This document shows, piece after piece, positions 24,385 through 32,000 of a DNA stretch of 32,000 nt; position 1 is the stretch's first letter, and each line of letters begins with the position of its first letter. Source of the DNA: Desulfotalea psychrophila LSv54. GTDB taxonomy: Bacteria > Desulfobacterota > Desulfobulbia > Desulfobulbales > Desulfocapsaceae. A program made the translations under genes and the position numbers. The DNA lies in the NCBI RefSeq assembly GCF_000025945.1, contig NC_006138.1, positions 540,001 through 572,000 on the forward strand, given 5' to 3'. A model generated the notes under the pieces. It was not told the origin of the DNA. It saw only the letters and a program-made list of their open reading frames with translations, and ran no database searches.

Positions 24385-27300
24385 TTACACATTTCTTGCA
24401 TCTTCAAACAGAGCTGCTGGCATGTCATACTCAAGTTGCCAAACCATCTTCATGGGACGATTGTCCTGACATGAGAGGAGCTCTTTCGCTGGGCCAAGAT
24501 AGATGAAAGGGGCCGTCTCCCCATCAATGCATTTCTCCAATCTTGCAAAAAACAAAATCGTATAGCCCCGCTCTTGAAAGTGAATATAATTTTGTCCTGT
24601 ACCACTTTCTTGTCTTATCGTTGACTGACTTTCCCAATGAAGTTGAGCCGGGCTAATAGGGTAGTCCCGATACAAGGTTGTCGGCGAGAAATCTCGCTCA
24701 ACCTTCCGGAAAGTAAGCAGATGCACGTACGCTTTCAACTCTTTCGCATGAATAACACCCTGGCCAGCAGGCCCTGGCCTGTCAACCGTGGCAAGACCCA
24801 GGGCTGCTTTAATTTCCGCCGAGCCATAGCAGGCATGAAGCTGCAAATTGCAGGGAAAGGGGAGTGCTATTTTTCTCACCGGAAAAGCTGGTCCTTGCCG
24901 GCGCCATTCTGCAATTTCTGCAACATCTGCCAAAACAGAGCTATTTCGTCTCCATTTCAGAAAAGATTCTTGCACCCCTACAACCCCAATTTTCTCTGCC
25001 TTCTCTCCCCAAAACAGATAATGCATGGCTGTTGCCTGTTCCACCCCATACCTTTCCTCAGGATCTTCCAAGGACAAATCCAATGATGAAGAGCTAAGAT
25101 CCTCCAACAACTGAGGATCTGTCCTCAGGGCAATTCGAGGCAAGGCCTTCCGTGCTTTTTGCAGATCAGGATCAGCGGGTTGAGGTTGATTATTGGCAAG
25201 AGCCTTCCACTCTGACCATGTCTTTTTACGTAAAATCTGCACAGGCGAAAGCCCTGTCTCCTCTATGAAGGCAGCAAATGTCACAGGTGAGCCGTGATCT
25301 TGTTCCCATGTTCTCAGAACCTCGGGAACAAAATTGTTCAAACTGCCAAGAACACTTTTTATCTTGGCAATGATACGTTCACGGGCTATACGCTCCAAAA
25401 TAATACTACAGCCAGGGGGAAGACTGGGGAAATCATCCTCCACCTCCCGGTCTATTCTTTGCCGACGGCGAGAGAGCAGGGCCGCAAATTTATTATCAAG
25501 CCGGTATTTCCTATGTGTCTGCCCGACAAAATCAAGAACGGTTAGACAATCTTTATTTGGCGCATGGCGAAGTCCTCGACCAAGCTGCTGGAGAAAGACA
25601 GTGACACTTTCTGTAGGTCTCAGAAAAAGGACAAGATTAATCTCTGGAATATCAACACCCTCACTCAAGACATCAACTGTAAACAAAAAGTGGATTTTCC
25701 CTGCCCGAAACGCCCGCAAACTCTCTGCCCGCTCTTCACGCGGTGTTTCTCCCAATAAGGTCTTAGAGACAATGCCAGCCTTATTAAAATTATCTGCCAT
25801 ATACTGGGCATGTTTCACCCCGGCACAAAAGCCTATAGCCTTCACCTCGGCTAAGTTTGGTTGATAACGCTCCAGTGCCTGCAAAACAACATCAAGCCTT
25901 TGTCTTGCCCGAATATCATCCCCGGTCAAAACTTTTTCCAGCTCTTTAGAGTCATAGCGTCCATTGCGCCAAAAGGTATCACTGGCAAGGTCAATACTGT
26001 CCGAGACACCAAAATAGTGAAAGGGGCAGAGCAGCTTCTCTTCCAATGCCTCTGGAAGTCGAATCTCTGCCGCAAAACGATTATCAAAATCGGCCACGAT
26101 CTGACTGCCATCCATTCGCTCTGGAGTTGCCGTTAGGCCAAGCAAAATTTCTGGATCTATGCAGGTTTCATCAAACAGGCATCGATAACTTGCTGCCCTG
26201 CCATGATGAGCCTCATCAATAATAACAAAACGAAAATGCTCTCTGCTAAAATCCCGCCAAGGTCGTTTACTATTTAAACTCTGTATTGAGGCAAATACAT
26301 GATTCCACTCAGTGGGCACCCTATGATCAACTAACAACTCTCCAAAATTTTGGTCCCGTAGCACGGTTCTGAAACAACCCATTGCCTGTTCAAGAATCTC
26401 TTTGCGATGGGCTACAAACAAAAGGGGTTCCTGTTTTCCTCTGCCAGCTATATATCGCTGATAATCAAGGGCAGAAATAACCGTCTTCCCTGTACCTGTT
26501 GCGGCAACAATAAGATTTCTAAAAGAGTTATTTTGTCTTGCCGCAGTAAGGGATTCTAATATTCGAAGCTGAAAAGGACGGGGTGTAATCTCTGCAAAAA
26601 AGGGTGTACTATTTTCAACGCCCTGCTTAAAACGTTGAATAACCGATTGAAAGCGATCTTTATCAAAAACCTCAAACTCCGGGCTTTGCCAGTAGCTCGC
26701 AAAATCAGCAATAAATCTGGAGAGAATATGGGGCATATCATGTGCTGTGACTTTAACCGTCCACTCTAAACCATTGGTCATGGCAGAATGGGACATATTA
26801 GCTGAACCAATATATGCTGTAGAGCAACCACTCTCGCGCATAAAATGGTAGGCCTTAGCATGAAGCCTTGTGCCACCACTATCATAGGAGACCCTTACCT
26901 CTATATTGGGTTGCCTATCAAGCCACTCCAAGGCGGCAGGATCACTTACCCCCATATAGCTGGTGGAGAGTATACGGACAGGTACATTTCTCTCTGCCAA
27001 GGCCTCCAGAGCTGGTCGCAAAAGACGCAAACCCGACCATTTTATAAAGGAAATAAGAATATCAACCCGATCGGCAGTAAACATCTCTGCCCGAAGTTCA
27101 TGCTCCAGTGGAGGATCTATACCAAGACCCGTTAAGAGGGAACTGGTTGTCATGGGGGTCTTAGGGCGAACATAGGCCTGGGAATCCTTACTGACCTGAA
27201 GCAAAAGATTGCTCTCAGCACCCAGTAATTTATGCCTCTGCTGATACGCCAAACCATCCGTTGCCGAGAGCACATCAAGAATTCGATTAAAAATATCTAT

Positions 27301-27492
27301 TCGCTGCTCTTTTTTAGCTGAATGAAGCGTTTCCTGTATAAGCTTGCCTACAAACTGGCTATAGACGTGAGGTGCAAGCTCATCATCTATTTTTCGCAGG
27401 ATCACCTTCAACTCAGGATGATTTTGCAACAACTCCTGAAGCTCTGTATCAAGCACTCTCTCATATATACCAGCAGGTAGTTGTTCACTCAT
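24385..27492 (-). CDS. PLD-like nuclease / DEAH superfamily II helicase / DUF3427 protein
   Basis: PLD motif LHAKAYHF...AYIGSANMSHSAM; Walker A VAATGTGKTV; FVIIDEAHHG; motif VI QQLGRGLRH; DUF3427-like C-terminus (FSPTTLYRDYPISPAQLHWESQS). MSEQLPAG start preferred (GGAGAG upstream); ORF open to 27546. Confidence 0.88.
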   Translation of the reverse strand: MSEQLPAGIYERVLDTELQELLQNHPELKVILRKIDDELAPHVYSQFVGKLIQETLHSAKKEQRIDIFNRILDVLSATDGLAYQQRHKLLGAESNLLLQVSKDSQAYVRPKTPMTTSSLLTGLGIDPPLEHELRAEMFTADRVDILISFIKWSGLRLLRPALEALAERNVPVRILSTSYMGVSDPAALEWLDRQPNIEVRVSYDSGGTRLHAKAYHFMRESGCSTAYIGSANMSHSAMTNGLEWTVKVTAHDMPHILSRFIADFASYWQSPEFEVFDKDRFQSVIQRFKQGVENSTPFFAEITPRPFQLRILESLTAARQNNSFRNLIVAATGTGKTVISALDYQRYIAGRGKQEPLLFVAHRKEILEQAMGCFRTVLRDQNFGELLVDHRVPTEWNHVFASIQSLNSKRPWRDFSREHFRFVIIDEAHHGRAASYRCLFDETCIDPEILLGLTATPERMDGSQIVADFDNRFAAEIRLPEALEEKLLCPFHYFGVSDSIDLASDTFWRNGRYDSKELEKVLTGDDIRARQRLDVVLQALERYQPNLAEVKAIGFCAGVKHAQYMADNFNKAGIVSKTLLGETPREERAESLRAFRAGKIHFLFTVDVLSEGVDIPEINLVLFLRPTESVTVFLQQLGRGLRHAPNKDCLTVLDFVGQTHRKYRLDNKFAALLSRRRQRIDREVEDDFPSLPPGCSIILERIARERIIAKIKSVLGSLNNFVPEVLRTWEQDHGSPVTFAAFIEETGLSPVQILRKKTWSEWKALANNQPQPADPDLQKARKALPRIALRTDPQLLEDLSSSSLDLSLEDPEERYGVEQATAMHYLFWGEKAEKIGVVGVQESFLKWRRNSSVLADVAEIAEWRRQGPAFPVRKIALPFPCNLQLHACYGSAEIKAALGLATVDRPGPAGQGVIHAKELKAYVHLLTFRKVERDFSPTTLYRDYPISPAQLHWESQSTIRQESGTGQNYIHFQERGYTILFFARLEKCIDGETAPFIYLGPAKELLSCQDNRPMKMVWQLEYDMPAALFEDARNV

Positions 27493-27834
27493 AAAGGACT
27501 CTCCGATGTCAAAATATCTACTCCTGAAAAAGACACACCCTAACATGCGAAGAGCATTCCAGACAAGAGATTCAATCTACACGCCCTAAAAGACTCAAAC
27601 TCTTTTCCTCAAGGCCTCTGCTAATAACCCTATAAATCCGATATCACATCAAAAAATTTAAGAAAGTTTATAAAAAATCTGCACAGAAAATAGACATTAA
27701 CCGGGCAGAGCGTTTAAACAGAGAGAGAGAAGTGGTAATAACAAACAATATGATGAGAGGAGAGGCGATAAGATCGCTAAGGTTAATGATGGCCTCTTTA
27801 CCTACAGAGGAGCTTTTCCGCGCTACTTTGGCCA

Positions 27835-28085
27835 ATAAACAGAAAAAGACGGTGTTGCCAGCGATATGCATTTGTGGTGGAAACGTGCCTGCAAGAATAT
27901 TGGGGTAGAAGGATGCCGGGACAGGTCATAGCTCTGCCATCGCCCTGCGTGAACACTTTTCTCCCGAGCGGACAAGCACCATGCACCAGACCAATAAGGC
28001 TTTTGACCGTTTCGGGTTGGTGCTAATGATGTACGAAGTATTTATCGTAAAACAGGTTGTAGAAATAGCGAGAAAGAGTGTTCAG
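27835..28085 (+). pseudogene. Decayed tyrosine-integrase-like C-terminal remnant
   Basis: Conceptual plus-strand pieces in shifting frames: MHLWWKRACKNIGVEG, then GTGHSSAIALREHFSPERTSTMHQTNKAFDRF, then VGANDVRSIYRKTG. This matches the pattern of an integrase tail (R/GHSS...TNKAFERYF...DVR..Y) with indels and stops. No intact ORF. Confidence 0.5.
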
Positions 28086-28128
28086 TAAGACATTAATTTT
28101 AATAATATTATAGGTCACGCAGGAAGGT

Positions 28129-29064
28129 ATGGCTACAATTGGAGTGAACAAGAGTGGTGACATTATTCATTACGTTGAAGGCGGCGAGATACAGCATCAT
28201 AATGGTATTAATTATATTGATGTTGAAAATGAGTTGATTGAGCCTATGGTTTCTCATAAATATAAAATATTAAATTTTAAATACAAGTATGGGAAAATTT
28301 ATATGCCTTTTTACAGGACGATTCGTTCTAAGATTAAAGTTTTCTTTAAAAGGATAGATGTTAAGAGGATAAGTGAACAGATTATAGACATGCTACCTTA
28401 TTTTCTAGCATCATCTATATCTGCATTTTTAGCATCAATTATAACTATTTTCTCCTTAGCGCTTCAAGATAATATAGTTGTATCTCAAAACGATTTTATA
28501 ACAATTTTCATCCCATGCTTAGCGGCATTACTTACTTTGTTTGGTGTATATGCATCAATAAGGGAGGCGCGATTAGCAAGTGAGCAGCAACGGGAAAATT
28601 CTGTTAAGCCAATTTTAACCTTTTCTGGCTTTAAAAAAAATCAGCACCCATTGGCTACAGGTGTTATTGAATTAAATATTGAAGGCTTGGGTGAGAACAA
28701 CGATTCTCAGGCTAGAATGGAAGAATTATTTTTTATTGAGAATATTGGGTTGGGAAAAGCAAGAAATATTCAATTCGTGAATGTTGACAGAAGGGGAGTC
28801 TTTCACCATCACGGCCATAATATTAAGTTGTTTGAACCTGGGGCGAGAAGCGAAATGCTTCTAACAGTTCCAAATACTCTTGATCCTTTCTCATCTGAGA
28901 TGATTATATTATATTCAAGATGTGAAAATATTTACGGTGACACCGTGATTCACAAACATATTTTTGCGCTAAGCCTAAATGCCAATAATATTGATATCTT
29001 GAGAGATGAGTCAGTCATGAAAAAAAATAAAGAAAACAGAGATATTATAAGGCGTTTACAGTAA
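28129..29064 (+). CDS. Hypothetical membrane protein with two predicted TM helices and C-terminal soluble domain
   Basis: 311 aa ORF. TM segments are MLPYFLASSISAFLASIITIFSLAL and FITIFIPCLAALLTLFGVYASI. Visibly more AT-rich than its neighbours; no family recognised. Confidence 0.6.
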   Translation: MATIGVNKSGDIIHYVEGGEIQHHNGINYIDVENELIEPMVSHKYKILNFKYKYGKIYMPFYRTIRSKIKVFFKRIDVKRISEQIIDMLPYFLASSISAFLASIITIFSLALQDNIVVSQNDFITIFIPCLAALLTLFGVYASIREARLASEQQRENSVKPILTFSGFKKNQHPLATGVIELNIEGLGENNDSQARMEELFFIENIGLGKARNIQFVNVDRRGVFHHHGHNIKLFEPGARSEMLLTVPNTLDPFSSEMIILYSRCENIYGDTVIHKHIFALSLNANNIDILRDESVMKKNKENRDIIRRLQ

Positions 29065-29244
29065 GAAACATTTCTTAGTAAAGCAAAGGTACTTGCAAAA
29101 ACGCGATAAAGAAGAGAGATATTTGTGGGGATTTAAGAAAATGTAGGGCTGCTTGAAGTTTAAAGATATACTTGAATAGCTAAAATCATATTGGGAAAGA
29201 AAAAAGGCCGTAATCGAAGAAAACTCTTCAACTACGGCCTAATC

Positions 29245-29610
29245 TGGTGGAGGCGGCGGGAGTCGAACCCGCGTCCGCAAATGCTCCCCTCTCGTATCTA
29301 CATGTTTAGTTCCCACTTAGTTTTCGCGATTTAGCTTCCGTCGGAACAGGGATACTATAACGCTATTCTGTATATTTTCGCGCCGGGGCGACCAGAACAC
29401 CACCCGATTGCTAGCTCATTTTGGTCGACGCCTCGGACCCAACCCTCATGAGCGGAGGACTGGAGAGACGGCAGTATGACAGTTATTAAGCTGCTACTGC
29501 GTAGTTATAATCGTCTGCGATTATATTAGTTTCCGCCTTTTTTACGAGCTGGCAGTTGCTCGACATGCAACGTAGAGCTTATACATCCCCGTCGAAGCCG
29601 TTTCGCCCCC
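29245..29610 (-). ncRNA. ssrA: tmRNA, tag peptide (A)ADDYNYAVAA
   Basis: 5' GGGGGCGAAACGGCTTCGACG, 3' GCGGACGCGGGTTCGACTCCCGCCGCCTCCACCA; the 7-bp acceptor stem pairs. The tag ORF GCAGACGATTATAACTACGCAGTAGCAGCTTAATAA lies at 29483-29518. Confidence 0.97.
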
Positions 29611-29638
29611 ATATATCTTCAACAAGTTTTTTTATTAT

Positions 29639-30094
29639 CTAACCACGGCGCATTACACGAGCTAACTCGCGTTTGCCTTGCTGCTCTTTGAGAGTAGCCC
29701 GTTTATCGTACATTTTCTTACCCTTGGCAAGACCTAATTCGATTTTCGCCTTACCATTCTCTATAAAGTATATCTTCAAGGGGATGAGGGCAAGGCCTTT
29801 CTCTTTTAATTTTCCATTTAGTTTGTGCAGCTCTCTCTTGTGGAGAAGTAATTTACGCACCCGCAGAGGCTCTACCGGATTGTGGCTGGTAAACATATAA
29901 TGTGAAATATGAACATTATAGAGCATCGCTTCACCACGGGCATTAATGGCCACATGACCATCGACGAGGTTACCTCGTCCACCCCGCAGGGATTTGACCT
30001 CCGGGCCGGAGAGCACCATACCCGCCTCATAGGTGTCGAGAATCTCGTACTCATGGTAGGCCTTCTTGTTTTTACAAACTATCTTAATACCCAT
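29639..30094 (-). CDS. smpB: SsrA-binding protein SmpB
   Basis: 151 aa: [43 protein letters not shown]...[40 protein letters not shown]. Confidence 0.98.
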
Positions 30095-30127
30095 CTCTTT
30101 CTATCCTCAACCCAGCAACCCGTCTTT

Positions 30128-31651
30128 CTAGGCGCTGAAGGGTTTAAAATTATCATCGGAGGTGACCCGCAGGACTTCTTCGCAAGTGGTTATCCCTGCC
30201 TGTACCTTCTGCCAAGCATCCTCTCTTAAGGTAGTCATTCCCTCACGAATTGCAAGCTGTTCTACATCGCCACCCAGCTCACCAGTACCAATCAACCGTT
30301 TCAGGGGCGGTGATACAGGAAAAATCTCGAAGATGCCACATCTGCCTCTATAGCCGGTACCACGGCACTCCCGACAGCCCTTGCCCCTCTTCAAACGCAT
30401 CTCGCCATCGCCCTCGACAGGAAAGCCCATCCGCCGCAGCTCCTGACAACTCACCGAATACTCCTCGGCACAGGAGGTGCAAATAGTCTTGACCAGACGT
30501 TGGGCCATACAGCCAAGCAGGGTGGAGGCAATCATAAATGGTTGCAGGCCCAGATCCTCAAGACGGGCCACTGCACTGGCGGCATCGTTGGTATGAAGGG
30601 TGGAAAAGACCAGATGGCCGGTCATGGCCGCCTGGACCGCATGGGCCGCTGTTTCATGATCACGAATCTCCCCGATCATAATAATATCGGGATCCTGCCG
30701 GAGAATATTACGCAGAATGGTTGAGAAGGTGACGTCGATCAGTGGCTGAACGGCAATTTGATTAAACTCCTCATAGACCATCTCCACAGGATCTTCAACG
30801 GTGACAATATTCTTCTCTGAGCTGGAGATAGCCTTGAGGGTGGAGTAGAGGGTCGTCGATTTACCACTACCCGTCGGCCCGGTCACCAGGAAGATACCGT
30901 GGGGGGCAGCTATACAACTATTATAGACATGCAAATCACGGGGAGAGAGACCAAGGCCCGAAATATCCTGAAAGATGACCGAGGGATCAAGGATACGCAT
31001 CACCACCTTTTCGCCAAAGGAGACGGGCACCGTCGACACCCGCACCTCAACCTCCAGATTATTCTTAGCTCCCAGTTTAATACGGCCATCCTGTGGTCTT
31101 CGTTTTTCTGCAATATCGAGACGGGCTAAAAATTTTATCCGAGAGATCAGGGCAGAGTGAACGGCCTTGGGCAGGGTATAGATGATATGGAGGGCCCCAT
31201 CTATACGAAAACGGACCATGGTCGTTTCCCGTTTGGGCTCAACATGGATATCACTGGCCCGCTGATCCAGGGCATACTGAAAGATATGGTTCAGAGCAGA
31301 CTTTATATGCTGATCAGAAGAGGTCAGCTCCTTGGTGGAAGATATCTTCACATACCTCTCAAGATTGCCTATATCCACAGACATATCATCCCGGAAGGAG
31401 CCACATTGACTCTCTGCCGCCGAGATAGAGCGTTGAAAACCAAAAAATTCCGACAGTATTTTCCGTATATCTGCCTTAGTGGCCAGACAGGCGGAAACCT
31501 GAAGCTGATTTGCCTGCTCAATATCATGCAGGACATCCTTACTATCGGGATGATAAACGGCCACCTTAAGATGAGTCCCCTTTTGCTCTATGGGCACAAT
31601 AAGATGGCGGGAGGCAAAGCTATAGGGGATTGTCTTGGTGACAATATTCAT
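30128..31651 (-). CDS. GspE/PilB/PulE-family secretion/pilus assembly ATPase (main part)
   Basis: 507 aa: GPTGSGKSTTLYSTL (Walker A), DPDIIMIGEIRDHETA, TLHTNDAA, and Cys cluster CTSCAEEY...CRECRGTGYRGRCGIFE. Confidence 0.93.
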   Translation of the reverse strand: MNIVTKTIPYSFASRHLIVPIEQKGTHLKVAVYHPDSKDVLHDIEQANQLQVSACLATKADIRKILSEFFGFQRSISAAESQCGSFRDDMSVDIGNLERYVKISSTKELTSSDQHIKSALNHIFQYALDQRASDIHVEPKRETTMVRFRIDGALHIIYTLPKAVHSALISRIKFLARLDIAEKRRPQDGRIKLGAKNNLEVEVRVSTVPVSFGEKVVMRILDPSVIFQDISGLGLSPRDLHVYNSCIAAPHGIFLVTGPTGSGKSTTLYSTLKAISSSEKNIVTVEDPVEMVYEEFNQIAVQPLIDVTFSTILRNILRQDPDIIMIGEIRDHETAAHAVQAAMTGHLVFSTLHTNDAASAVARLEDLGLQPFMIASTLLGCMAQRLVKTICTSCAEEYSVSCQELRRMGFPVEGDGEMRLKRGKGCRECRGTGYRGRCGIFEIFPVSPPLKRLIGTGELGGDVEQLAIREGMTTLREDAWQKVQAGITTCEEVLRVTSDDNFKPFSA

Positions 31652-31950
31652 ATCAAGATCCAGAGGATCAAGCTTTTTAACTCCAGACGACGGGCATAAG
31701 CCACCGTCCGCATAATAAGCTCTTCATCCACCAACCTGCTCTTATCACCGCCACTCTGAAAATTAAATGCGGCGATCACATCAACGAGATCAACCCTATT
31801 CTTCTCTTCACGCTCTGCACGAGGCAGGGCCCTCAGTAATTTCTGCCGCTGTTTACCCTTTTCCAGACCAATAATATCCCGCTGTTTAGGGCTGATTATT
31901 TCCTGCTCCACGAGAAGGTCGAGCAGGGATTCGCTATTAATAAATTTCAT
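31648..31950 (-). CDS. N-terminal fragment of the GspE/PilB ATPase, out of frame with the main ORF
   Basis: 100 aa ending ...LVDEELIMRTVAYARRLELKSLILWILI*. A -1 shift at the A5 tract (31674-31678) gives LELKKLDPLDLDMNIVTKTIP, continuous with the downstream ORF and family-like. Confidence 0.8.
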   Translation of the reverse strand: MKFINSESLLDLLVEQEIISPKQRDIIGLEKGKQRQKLLRALPRAEREEKNRVDLVDVIAAFNFQSGGDKSRLVDEELIMRTVAYARRLELKSLILWILI

Positions 31951-32000
31951 CTATGACCCTCTTTATTTATAAAAACAAACCATGAGCATTCAATCATTTT

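Noticed and set aside
27546-29245. Duplicated ssrA 3' end (att site) bounding an island
   Set aside because: No second copy of TTCGACTCCCGCCGCCTCCACCA was found inside the window by eye. It may lie outside or be degraded, so no element boundaries are claimed.
29673-29900. Plus-strand ORFs antisense to smpB and the GspE-like gene (29673..29900, 29909..30229, 30500..30724, 31157..31699)
   Set aside because: Antisense shadows of well-supported conserved genes.

Overview
The centre of this window (about 3.6-23.1 kb) is a complete-looking Lap-type, c-di-GMP-controlled giant adhesin locus. The plus strand encodes a TolC-family outer-membrane channel with a C-terminal Ca2+-binding-type extension, then a tightly coupled operon of a type I secretion ABC transporter (LapB-like), a membrane fusion protein (LapC-like) and a LuxR/GerE-type regulator. 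Convergent to it, and apparently an operon on the minus strand, are a LapG-like Cys protease, a LapD-like receptor with degenerate GGDEF and EAL motifs, and a 3413-aa adhesin. The adhesin has an N-terminal retention module with a TAAG putative LapG cleavage site at residues 108-111, four 107-aa repeats, thirteen nearly identical 110-aa repeats plus one diverged copy, a PA14-like domain, a VWA domain and C-terminal RTX motifs. Flanking genes are a glutamate synthase-like FMN protein (cut by the window edge), a LysE-family exporter, a SWIM zinc-finger protein, a small conserved protein, a PLD/DEAH helicase/DUF3427 protein, a decayed integrase remnant next to an AT-rich membrane-protein gene, ssrA (tag ADDYNYAVAA), smpB, and a GspE/PilB ATPase split between two frames at an A5 tract. 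Each Lap component belongs to a known family. The less ordinary points are the repeat architecture, the associated regulator and inverted repeats, the split ATPase, and the ssrA-linked accessory segment. The source looks like a deltaproteobacterial sulphate reducer (Desulfotalea-like); this is inferred from memory of tmRNA tags and was not verified.
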